From NCBI RefSeq assembly GCF_009914755.1, contig NC_060936.1: a DNA stretch of 64,000 nt. One strand, 5' to 3'. Position numbers and translations under genes: made by a program. Shown here one piece after another: positions 1 to 12,177 of the stretch. This stretch comes from the human T2T-CHM13v2.0 reference genome, Homo sapiens. Position 1 is the stretch's first letter. Each line of letters starts with the position of its first letter. The notes beneath the pieces are model-generated. The model was not told the DNA's origin. It did no database searches and worked only from the letters and a program-made list of their open reading frames with translations.

Positions 1-1539
1 TCTTTTGTGTAAAATAATTCTTTTGATGGCAAAAAAAGAGGGAAAGTTACTTGCAATGTATATATCTTATATTTTAGTTCTCTTAATCTAAAAGGGACTC
101 TTTTAAATCAATTTGATAACTAAAATAACATTGTTTAAAATTGAGACACTATGTGTACAGTCCCCCCAGAATTCAGGTTCCAGAGAACAAAATATCTTCA
201 CAGCTCAATTAGAAGGAATTTTGAAGAAATGCCAGAATTAGCTCTAGTTGGAAATTAGAAGAGAACTTCAAATATCTAGGCACTCTGGTAAAGAAAACCT
301 CTCACTTGGAATTCACATCAACAATAGAAAGAGTAAAACACTGGGTACAAAATCTACATTTTCATGTAGTCATCCTCCTCTCTTCCTTTCCGCTAAACTC
401 ATAGCCTCATCACCATTTCACTTGAGATCAAGTCTAATCTCATTTTAGCTTTTAGCCCTGGGTTGTAGATTCTTAAAGTAATAATTTGTGTTGGTTTTTC
501 TTATGGATGAGAAGAGTGCCTAGCATGTGGTTGAGCCTCAAAAAATATTTTTTGAATTGAATTGAACTTGATAGTCACCACAAGAAATCTAGAATTCACC
601 AGCAATCCTTCAGCCTCCAGATTCTAATATATAGGCTCTGTACATTTCCTTTTCCATTTTATATTGTGGTCCCTTCTTAAAACATACAGCTTTTTTCTGT
701 ACTCTGCAATCCATTAACAAATGTCTTAATAACCTCACACTCCTTTTTTGTTGAAATTCTTTCCTAATTCTTACATTGATTAAAATTGCCTTAGTACTGA
801 AACATGGTATACACTGTTGTCCTCTGAAGTAGTGACTATTTTTTTACCCTCTCTCTTTGTATCTCTAGTCACAGAGTAGGAGATGGGTGACTGACCTCTT
901 TTCTGCAAATTGTTGCTGCCTCTTCTCTGAAACTGCAGCTTTGACTGTTGTCATTAAACTATATCAATCATCACCTTTCTTGTTGCCGTTTTCTATATAA
1001 ATGTTACCTTAATTTGTCTGTAGAGACTTATATTCATAGATAATTTTACTTGTTTGTGCCCTAATTTTAAAATATTTTGATATCCATATTGATGATCCTT
1101 CTAATATATTTTCAGTTACTTGATCTCTCTTTTGTTTCTCTGAATATTATGTATTCCTTCAAGTTAAACACTTACTCTCATGGTCATAAAACAGTTAAGT
1201 CAATCTATCTCCCAAATTCTCAGTTTTAGTCATCTACTGTGAACAACCACCACTATATTTTCAGTTCACTCCACGTTTTATACTCCACTGGCAACTACCA
1301 CATATCAATTTTACCAACTTTCTACTGTCCCCATCATTGTCATTTTATCACTTCCCTTTTAATCTAGCTTATTTTTCTTTGTTTTATTATTTTAGTCATT
1401 TCTTAGCTCATACACTCAAGCTCTTTGACTCTAATATGTCTTTCACTGAACTTCTCTGTGAAAATAAGAACTTTGATTTAATAAATTTCTCTCCCTACCA
1501 TTTTCTAAAACACACACAGCCAGATAAACATGATTGAAA

Positions 1540-1541
<2 letters not shown>

Positions 1542-1574
<33 letters not shown>
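1542..1574. repeat. (CA)n microsatellite
   Basis: Uninterrupted ACACAC run of about 16 units. Confidence 0.95.
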
Positions 1575-1576
<2 letters not shown>

Positions 1577-2199
1577 CATGTACAGGCATACTGATGCTTG
1601 TCAATTTATGTTAATGATCACAAAAGGGCCCCATGTTTATTTCCAGTTATACTAAATTCCTTTGTTGATTCATAATTTTACTTTCCTAAAAGACAATTTT
1701 GTATTTTCTCTCTCCTGACACCTTCAAACCCTCTTCTCCTATCATTACTTTTAATGGTAAAAATGGCAATTACTTTTGCACCAACTAATACATGTTTCAT
1801 TGAAAAGCAATAAGCAAAAAAAAAAAAAAAAAAAAAATCTGTTTTCATCAACACATCTACCAACCTTCCTGCCACTATAAGTACATATTCTGTCTTCTTT
1901 CTTGTCTTCATGGAAACATGGCTTTTACTGCTATGTAAGATGAACACCTGCATTTGTACACTAGGTACTAATCTTGCTTTCTTACTCAACAGCTCCATTA
2001 GCTCTCCCCTTTATCTCCAAGATCATCAGTTCTCCACTTACCTTCCCCAACTGAATATGCCCATCACAACACAAATAGACTATGGCTATTTTCATTAAAA
2101 ATAACTTATTTAAATTTTACATCTTTAGGCCACCATACTTCTCCATTATTCTCTTTCTTTCTATAGAAAATCTTCCTGAAATAGTTTTTTATACCCACT

Positions 2200-3090
2200 A
2201 TTCTCTTATTCATTTTTAGTCTTTGTCTCTTTGACCTTTCTAGTTAGGTTTTGGCCCTCATTGCTTCAATGAAATTGCTTATCTATGGCACAATGACACT
2301 AAATCTGTTTGTCAATTCTCAAATTTTATTTTTCTAGACCCCTTGACAACATCTGATCAAGTTGATCACTCTCAGCCATAAAACACTATCTTCACTATTC
2401 TTCCATACTGTCACAATCTGTTGCATGCCCTACTTCACTTTGCTATTTTTTTAATCACATTTAGTATTGCTCCAATCTCTAAATGTTAAAGATGTCCTAG
2501 GACCCAGTCTTTGCCACTCTTCTTTACTTTATTTGTGCTCATTTCCTCCATGTTTTTGTCTTTTTTACAACTTTATGTTTTTAATTATAATTGATATACT
2601 AGAGATCACCAATTATATATTTTTAGTCCAGACTACCTTCCACTAAATTCATACACTTAACTGATTTTATTCCATTTTTATCTGATGTCTAATAGGCGTT
2701 GGAATGTAACACTCTTAAATCCACATTTTTGTTCCTATACCTACTCTTAGCATCTTTTTCGTTATTAAATAAATGGTAACTTTATCCTTCTACTTTTTTG
2801 AACCAAAGAATTTCGGAGTTATCTTTAATCCATCTCTCTCTCATTCCTCACACCCCTATCCACCTGTCTACAAACCTCATTGACTTTGCCTTTAATCATA
2901 TTACAAACTGAACACTTCTCACCACTCTGTTTTATCTTCTTGGATCGTGGCACTGGATGCCTCAAACATATGTTCAAATGTCATATTCTCTGTGAGTCTT
3001 CACTGACCATCATATGCAAAACTTTAACAATCATCACATCTGAATATTTCCCTTCCATGCTATATATTATCTTTTTTATTTAAAAATCAC
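2200..3090 (+). mobile_element. Degraded L2 LINE; its 3' end resumes at ~5374-5552 after the THE1 insertion
   Basis: L2-like pyrimidine-rich motifs; the 3' end has gagggcaggg...gaaggaataaagaaatgaataaa. Boundaries are approximate. Confidence 0.55.
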
Positions 3091-5373
3091 TAGTGTTTGC
3101 TGATAAAGACATACCAAACACGGGGTAATTTATAAAGGAAAAAAGGTTTAATTGACTCACAATTCCACATGGCTAGGGAGGCTTTGCAATCATGCCAGAA
3201 GGTGAAGAACACATCTTACATGGCGGCAGACAAGGGAGAATGCCAACCAAGTGAAAGGGTTTCCCCTTATAAAACCATCAAGTCTCATGAGACTTATTTC
3301 ACTACTATGAGAACAGTATGGGGAAAAGTGCCCCCATTATTTAATTATCTCCCATTGTTTCCTTCCCAAAACATGTAGGAGTTATGGGAACTACAATTCA
3401 AAATGACATTTGGGTGGGACACAGCCAAACCATATCATTTTGCCCCTGGACCCTCCCAAATCTCATGCCCTCACATTTCAAAACCAATCATGCCTTACCA
3501 ACCATCCCCCAAAGTCTTAACTCATTTCAGCATTAAGTCAAAAGTCGACAGTCCAAAGTCTCATCTGAGACAAGGCAGGTCCATTCCTCCTATAAGCCTG
3601 TCAAATCAAAAGCAAGTTAGTTTGTTCCTAGATACAATGGGGGTACAGGCATTGGATAAATATACCCATTCCAAATGGGATAAATTGGCCACAACAAAGA
3701 GGCTAAAGGCCCCATGCAAGTCTAATATCCAGCGGGGCAGTCAAATCTCAAAGCTCCAGAATTATCTCCTTTGACTCCATGTCTCACATCCAGGTCATGC
3801 TGATGCAAGAGGAGGGTTCCCATGGTCTTGAGCAGTTCCACTCCTGTGGCTTTACAGAGTATAGGCTCCCTCCCAGCATTTTTCACCAGCTGGCATTGAG
3901 TGTCTGTGGCTTTTCTAGGTGCACAATGCAAAATGTCAGTGGATCTCCCATTATGAGGTCCGGAGGACAGTGGCCCTCTTCTCATAGCTCCAGTGGGCAG
4001 TGCCTCAGTAGTGACTCTGTGTGGGGGCTTCAACCCCACATTTCCCTTCCATGCTGCTCTAGCAGATATTCTCTATGAGAATGCTGCCCCTGTAGCAAAC
4101 TTTTGCCCGTATATCCAGGCATTTCCATACATCCTCTGAAATTTAGGCAGAGGTTTCCAAACTTTAATTCTTGACTTCTGTGCACCTGCAGGGTCTACAC
4201 CACATGGAAGCTGCCAAGGCTTTTGGCTTGCACCCTCTGAAGCCATGGCTCAAGCTGTACCTTGGTTCATTTTAGCCATGGCTAGAGTGGCTGGGACACA
4301 GGACACCAACCTAGGTTGCACGCAGCAGGGGGGCCCTGGGCCCAGCCCATGAAACCATTTTTTTTCTCCTAGGCCTCCAGGCCTGTGATTGGAGGGGCTG
4401 CCACAAAGGTCTCTGACATGCCCTGGAGACTTTTTTTTAAATCTTCTTGGCAATTAACATTTGGCTGCTTGTTACTTATGCAAATTTCTGCAACCAACTT
4501 GAATTTCTCCTCAGCAAAGGTTTTTCTTTTCTATCCCATCATCAAGCTGCAAATTTTCCAAATGTTTATGCTCTGCTTCCCTTTAAAAACTGAATGCCTT
4601 TAACAGAACCCAAGCCACCTCTTGAATGCTTTGCTGTTTAGCAATTTCTTCTGCCAGATACCTTAAATCATAGACCACAAGTTCAAAGTTACACAGATTT
4701 CCAGGGCAGAGGCAAAATGCTGCCAGTCTCTTTTTTTAAATATAGCAAGAGTCACCTTTACTCTCTTCCTCAAGTTCCTCATCGCCATCAGAGACCACCT
4801 CAGCCTGGATTTCATTGTCCCTATCATTATCAGCATTTTGGTCAAAGCCATTCAACAAGTCTCTAGGCAGTTCCAAACTTTCCCACATTTTCCTGTCTTC
4901 TTCTGAGCCCTCCAAACTGTTCCAACCTCAGCTTATTCCTCAGTTCCAAAGTCGCTTCCACATTTTCAGGTATCTTTTCAGCAGTTCCCCACTCTACTGG
5001 TACCAGTTTACTGTACTGGTCCATTTTCATGCTGCTGATAAAGACATACCCAAGACTGGGTAATTTATAAAGAAAAAAAAAGCTTTAATGACTCACAGTT
5101 CCACGTGACTGGGGAGGCCTTACAATCATGGCAGAAGGCAAAAGGCACATCTTACATCATGGCAGGCAAAGGAAAATGAGAACCATGTGAAAGGGGTTTC
5201 CCCTTATAAAACCATCAGCTCTCATGAGACTTATTCACTACCTCGAGAACAGTATGGGGAAAACTGCCTCCATGATTCAATTATCTCCACTAGTTCCCTC
5301 CCACAACACTTTGGAATTATGGGAGCTACAATTCAAGATGATATTAGGGTGGGGACACAGCCAAACCATATCA
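3091..5373 (-). mobile_element. THE1-family ERVL-MaLR element with two LTRs (3' LTR ~3091-3437, internal 3438-5011, 5' LTR 5012-5373)
   Basis: Two ~350-bp direct repeats, each ending cagccaaaccatatca on +, flank a ~1.6-kb MaLR internal region that is homologous (inverted) to 49641-51215. Confidence 0.92.
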
Positions 5374-5911
5374 ATTAACTTACTTTATATTTTGCTTATT
5401 TTTTTAATTGCTTTTCCCTTTACTACAGTATAAGTTCTATGAGGGCAGGGGTTTATGTTGCTTTTGTTTGTGGCTGGATATAGATTACATGACACCACTA
5501 GTCATACACCAGGGCTAGACATTTTAGTTGAAGGAATAAAGAAATGAATAAAATGTCTAGAATGTTGTCAATCTTACAAACAATTCTTACAAATTATCAT
5601 AACAGTACAAAATAAGATAAGCATAAAGCTTGAATTGAGTCTTATAAATAAATGCTGTAGAAAAAATAGAGCAGTATGTATCAAAAGATTTGAATATGCA
5701 ATTTTCTGGCTTAATAGTTCTACCTCTAGGAATTTACCCTAGATATAAACATGTTCATTGCAACAATGCATATATATGTACAAGAATAAAAGAAATTCAT
5801 TTAAATAAATTAGTTGATATTATGATAATTACATAATGTGTATTTATTGAAAATGGGTTGATATTCTCTGTCTCTCAAAAATACTGCCAATTAAAAGTAT
5901 ATATTAACTTA

Positions 5912-6090
5912 TTTTTTACTTTATTTTTGAAAGCAGGTTTAGATTCACAGTAAAATTGAGTGGTAGGTACAGAGAGTTCTCATATACTCACCTTCCCACA
6001 CATGCACAGCCTCACTCTACTATCACTATCCAGAGTGATATATATGTTACAATACCAGTACATTGAGCCTATATTGACACATCATTATGA
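5912..6090 (-). mobile_element. Old L1 (L1MC/MD-like) 3' fragment
   Basis: ggtttagattcacagtaaaattgag...tacagagagttc...gacacatcattat resembles the antisense 3' UTR of old L1M elements. Confidence 0.55.
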
Positions 6091-7565
6091 TCTGAAAATA
6101 AACTGTTATAAGATATTTTTTGTAAGCCTTATGGCACCTCAAAGTGAAAAACCCATAATAAATACCTACAAAAAAAATCAAGGAGTCAAAACATACAACT
6201 ACAGAAAAATCACTTAACCACAAGGAAGACAGTGAGAGAAGAAAATAGGAAGAAAGCATCTACAAAACAACTGGAAAACAATTAACATAATGGCAGCAAT
6301 TAAGTAATTACCTAGCAGTAATTACCTTGAATGTAGATGAATTAAGTTTTTCAATTAAAAGACATAGAGTGGCTAAATAGATTAAAACAAACAAACAAAA
6401 AACAAGACCCAGCTATATGCTGCCTACAAAAGATTCACTACAACTGTAAAAACACATAGACTGAATGTGAAGGGATGGAAAAAAAATATTTCATGCAATA
6501 AAACAACCCAGATATGTGTAGGAGGAGCTATATTCATGTCATACAAAATAGTCTTTCAGTCAAAAACTGCAAAGAGAGACAAAGAATGTTATTATATAAT
6601 GATGAAGGGGTCATTACAGAAGAGGATATAACACCCAACATCAGAACACCCAACATCATATATCCACCCAACATCAGAACACCTAAATATATAAAGTAAA
6701 TATTAATAGCTCTAAAAGGAGAGATTGACTACAATACAATAATAGAAGGGTACTTCAGCACTCCAGTTTTAGCAATAAATGGATTATGCAGACAGAAAGT
6801 TGACAAGAAAACACCAGACATAAGCTACATTCTAGAACAAATAGACCTGACAGGCATATACAGAACATTCCATCTAGCACCTACAAAATACACATCCTTC
6901 TCAATTGCACATGCAACATTCTCCAGGATAGATCTCATGTTATGATGGTTAATACTGCATGTCAACTTGATTGGTTTGAAGGCTGCAAAGTATTGATCCT
7001 GGCTGTGTCTCTGAGGGTGTTGCCAAAGGAGATTAACATTTAAACCGGTGGGCTGGGAAAGACAGACCCATCCTTAATCTGGGTGGGCACAATCTAATCA
7101 GCTGCCATTGTGGCCAGAGTACAAAGCAGGCAGAAGAACATGAAAAGACCAGATTGACTTATCTTCCCAGCCTACATCTTTCTCCCATTCTGGATGCTAC
7201 CTGCTTCACATATTGGACTCCAAGTTCTTCAGTTTTGAGATTGGGACTGGCTTCTTTGCTCCTCAAATTGCAGATGGCCTATTGCTGTAGCTTGTGATCC
7301 TGTGAGCTAATACTCCTTAATAAACTTGATATCACTTTATTTTATATATACATATATATATATCCTTTCTCTCTATATATCCTCTCTCTATATAAAATAT
7401 ATATCCTATATATATATCCTCCCTATATATAAAATATATATCCCATATATACATCCTCTATATATATAAAATATATATCTTATATGTATATACCCTATAT
7501 ATATAAATATATAATAATCTCCTTTTAGTTTTATCCTTCTAGAGAACCCTGACTAATACAGATTT

Positions 7566-7580
7566 TGGTACCAGGAGTGG
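7566..7580 (+). promoter_or_regulatory. Primer-binding site for tRNA-Leu
   Basis: TGGTACCAGGAGTGG lies just after the 5' LTR and is complementary to the tRNA-Leu(TAA) 3' end CCACTCCTGGTACCA. Confidence 0.85.
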
Positions 7581-7652
7581 TTCTAGAGGAACAGAATATA
7601 AAAGATAAAGTTCTTTGATTGGTTTTGGAGTTTCTAGAGTTGGAAGGTTAAT

Positions 7653-8900
7653 ATGATTAGACCCCAAAATGCTAAGGACTCTACCTCTAATGGTATGGAG
7701 AACACCGATAGTCCTTGGGGTAAACTGCTTAGAAACTTATGCAAAATAAATGCATCTGGCACTCCTGATTCACCACTCAAGAGAGGTAAGGAGTTTAGTG
7801 ACTCTCTATATAATATCTTTGACTATATTAGAGAACCAAGGAACATAATGAAGTTGGATGGTTGCTCTTAAGTTCACTGGACAAAGTGATGAAATAAAAT
7901 GATGGACTCAGGGATTCTAACTCCAAGCTTCAGAAGCAGACACTGAGCCTCAAACCTGCTAAAATCGCCTTGAGTGAGAGTCTTATCTCCTGCAGAAAAA
8001 AAGCTGAAATTGTGGAAAAACAGACACAAGCACTTATCATGTGAGTGGCTGACCTGTAACAAAAGGTGCAGGTACAGCTTTGCCAGGTGTCTACTGTTAA
8101 AGTAAGGGCATTGATTGGATCAGGCTGAATTTATTGGTTTGGACCCACTCAATAGGGAATCTGCATTTAATGTTGCAGCTTAGGGAGTTAAAAAACATTT
8201 GAATAGTTTATTTGCTTGGTTAGCTAAAACATGGATTAAAAGATGGCCCACTGTGAGTGAGCTGGAAATGCCTGATCTCTCTTGGTTTAATGTAGAGGAA
8301 GGAATCCAAAAGCTTAGGGAAATTGGGATGCTGGAGTGGATTAGTCACTGAGACCTACTCATCCCAGCTGGGAGGGTCCAGAAGATATACCCTTAACCAA
8401 TGCTTTGCTAAATAGATTTGTAAGAGCAGGACCTGCATCTTTGAAGAGCCCTGTAATTGCTCTTCTCTGTATGTCAGATCTAACAGTAGGAACTTCAGTC
8501 ACTCAACTAAAAAATTTAAATGCAGTGGGAATAATTGCATCCCAAGGTGGCAGAGGCCAAGTGGTGGCACTCAACTGTCAAAGGCAAGGAGGGTGTAGCT
8601 ACTGTAATGGACAGCAAAGGCAAGGCAGCAATCACATAATAGTGTAGGGCTCTGGCATTGGCTAATTAATCACAGTATTCCTAGAAGTGAAATTGAATGG
8701 AAGCCTACTGCATTCCTACTTAATTTATATAAGCAGAAAACTTCCAGGTTGAGTAGATGAAAGACTAATTTGAATTAAAAGAAAAGAGAATCACAGCCCC
8801 TCAATCAATTTCCAGACTTGAGTCAGTTTACAGACCCAGAACCTCTTGGTTGAAGGGAAGGCCAAGACCCCTTGAGGAAGGACCCCACTACCATACGAAA
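7653..8900 (+). pseudogene. gag: HERV-L gag remnant
   Basis: Fragments MIRPQNAKDSTSN..DSPW and FVRAGPASLKSPVIALL, with several stops and frameshifts. Confidence 0.75.
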
Positions 8901-8949
8901 AATTATGCTGTTAATCTTTCTCCCATCCTTCCCCAATGAGACCTCCAGC

Positions 8950-11890
8950 CTTTTACCAGGGTAACTATGCAGTGGGAAAAGGAAAATGATCAGACATTTC
9001 AGAGACTACTGTATACTGGCTCTGAGCTGACTTGATTCCCAGGGACCCAAAACATCATTACGGTCCTCCAATTAAAGGAAGGGATTATGGAGGTCAGGTA
9101 ATTAATGGAGTTTTAGGTTCGACTTACAGTGGGTCCAGTGCATCCCCAGACTCATCCTGTGGTCATTTGCCCAGTATCAGAAAGCATAATTGGCATAGAC
9201 ATACTTAGCAACTGGCAGAACCCCCAAGTTGGCTTTCTAACTGGCAGGCCAAGGGCTATTATGGTGGGAAAGGCCAAATGGAGGTTACTAGAGCTTCCTC
9301 TACCTAGAAAAATAATAAATAAAAAACAATATCACATCCCTGAAGGGATTGTAGAGATTAGTGCCACCATCAAATGCTTGAAAGATTCAGGGGTGGTGAT
9401 TCCCGCAACTTCCCATTCAACTCTCCTATTTGGCCTGTGAAGAAGACAGATGGATCTTGGAGAATGACAGTGGATTATCATACATTTATCCAAGTGATGA
9501 CTCCAATTGCAGCTGTTGTACCAGATGTGGTTTCATTGCTTGAGCAAATTAACACATCTCCTGATACCTGGTATGCAGCCATTGACTTGGAAATGCCTTT
9601 TTCTCCATTCCTGTCCATAAGGCCCACCACAAGCAATTTGCCTTCAGCTGGCAAGGTCACCAAAATACCTTTACTGTCCTACCTCAGGGGTATATCAACT
9701 CTCCGCTTTGTTTCATAATCTTTGAAGAGAACTTAATCTGTTTTTACTTCCACAAGATATCACACTGGTTCACTAAATTGATGACATTATGCTGATTGGA
9801 TCCGGTGAGCAAGAAATTGGAAACACACTGAACTTTTTGGTGAGAGATTTGTATGCCAGAGGATGGGAAATAAATCCGACTAAAATTCTGGGACCTTCTA
9901 TCTCAGTAAAATTTCTAGGTTATCTCATGGTGTGGGGCCTATTGAGGTATTTCTTCTAAGGTGAAGGATAAGTTGCTGTATTTGGCCCCTACTACAACCA
10001 AGAAAGAGGCACAACACCTAATGGGACTATTTGAATTTTGGAAGCAACACATTCCTCATCTGGGTGTGTTACTCTGGCCCATTTATTGAGTGACGCTTTC
10101 AGGGCTGCCAGTTTTTATGGGATCCAGAACAGAAGAAGGTTCTGCAACAGGTCCAGGCTGCTGTGCAAGCTGCTCTGCCACTTGGGCCATATGACCCAGC
10201 AAATCCAGTGGTGCTTGAGGTGGCAGTGGCAGATAGGGAAGCTGTTTGGACCCTTTGGCAAGTCCCCACAGGTGAATCACAGTGGAGGCCTCCAGGATTT
10301 TGGAGCAAGGCCCTGCCATCTTCTGCAGTTAACTACTCTCCTTTTGAGAGACAGCTCTTGGCCTGTTACTGGGCTTTGGTTGAAATTGAACATTTGACAA
10401 TGGGTCATCAAGTCACCATGTGACCTGAACTGTCTATCATGAACTGATTACTTTCTGACCCATCTAGCCATAAAGTGAGATGTGCACAGCAACATTGCAT
10501 CATCAAATGGAAGTGGTATATATGAGACCAGGGTTGAGCAGGTCCTGAAGGCACAAATAAGTTACATGAGGAAGTGGCTCAAATGCCCATGGTCTCCACT
10601 CCTGCCACTCTGACTTCTCTCCCCTACCCTGTGACGATGGCTTCATGGAGTGTTCTCTATGATCCATTGACAGAGGAAGAGACGACTAGGACCGGATTCA
10701 CAGATGGTTCTGCACAATATGCAGGCACTGCCCTTGATAATGGACAGCTGCAGCACTACAGCCCGTTTCTAGGACATCCTTGAAGAACAGAGGTGAAAGG
10801 AAATCTTCCCAGTGGGCAGAACTTCAGGTAGTGCACCTGGTTGTGCACTTCGCATGGAAGGAGAAATGGTCAGATGTGAGATTATATACTGAATCATGGG
10901 CGCTAGCCAATAGTTTGGCTGATTAGTCACAGACTTGGAAAAAGCATTATTGGAAAATTGTTAAAAAAAAGAAATTTGGAGAAGAGGTTTGAGGTGGACA
11001 TCTTTGAGTTCTCAAAAACTGTGAAGATTTGTATCCCATGTGAATGCTCACCAAAGGGGGACCTCAGCAGAGAAGGACTGTAATAATCAAGTGGATAGGG
11101 ACTCACTCTGTGCACACCACTCAGTCTCTTTCCCCAGCCACCTCTGTCATTGCCCAATGGGCCCATGAACAAAGTGGCCATAGTGGCAGGAATGGAGGTT
11201 ACTCATTGGCCCAGGAACATGGACTTCCATTCAGCAAGACTGACTATGCTACAATCACTGCTGAGTGCCCAATTTGCCAGCAGCAAAGTCCAACACTGAG
11301 CCCTTGATATGGCACCATTCCTCGGGGTGATCAACCAGCTACTCAGTGGTAGGTTGATTATATTTGGATCTGTTCCATCATGGAAAGGACAGAGGTTCAT
11401 CCTCACTGGAATAGACATTTACTCTGGATATGGGTTTACCTATCCTGCACACGATGCTTCTGCCAAGACTACAATCCGGGACTCATGGAATGCCTTATCC
11501 ACCATCATGGTATTCCACACATCATTGCCTCTGAACAAGGTACTCACTTTATGGCTAAAGAAGTGCAACAGTGGGTTTATCCTCATGGAATTCCCTGGTC
11601 TTACCATGTTCCCCATCATCCTGAAGCATCTGGATTGATAGAATGGTGGAATAGCCTTTTGAAGTCACAATTACAATGCCAATTAGGTGACAATACTTTG
11701 CAAGTCTGGGTGAAAGTTCTCCAGAAGTCTGTGTATGCTCTGAATCAATGTACAGTATGTGGTACTGTTTCTCCCATAGCCAGGATTCACGGGTCCAGGA
11801 ATCAAGGGATGGAAATGGAGGTGGCACCACTCACCATCACCCCTAGTGATCCACTAGCAAAACTTTTGCTTCTTATTCCCACAACATTAT
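8950..11890 (+). pseudogene. pol: HERV-L pro-pol remnant
   Basis: Protease motif mutated to LLYTGS (~9012); [23 protein letters not shown]; YIDD tyrosine is now TAA (9774-9776); RNase H FTDGSA; integrase IASEQGTHF..GLIEWWN. Confidence 0.88.
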
Positions 11891-12177
11891 GTTCTGCTGG
11901 CCTAGAGGTTTTAGTTCCAGAGGGAGGAATGCTGCCACCAGGAAACACAACAATGATTCCATTAAACTAGAAGTGAATATTGCCACCTGGACACTTTGGG
12001 CTCCTCTTACTTTCAAGTCAACAGGCTAAGAAGGGAGTTACAGTATTGGCTGGGGTGATTGACCTGGACTATCAAGGTGAAATCAGTCTACTACTTCACA
12101 AGGGAGGTAAGAAAGAGTATGCGTGGAATACAGGAGATCCCTTGGGGAGTCTCTTGGTATTACCATTCTGTGATTAA
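11891..12177 (+). pseudogene. HERV-L dUTPase remnant downstream of integrase
   Basis: AGLEVLVPEGGMLPPG..PPGHFGLL..GVTVLAGVIDLDYQGEI, containing the GVIDxDYxGE motif; internal stop at 11968-11970. Confidence 0.85.

Noticed and set aside
7653-12177. HERV-L as a coding-competent or domesticated gene
   Set aside because: The protease Asp is lost, there is a stop in the RT YIDD motif, and there are many frameshifts.
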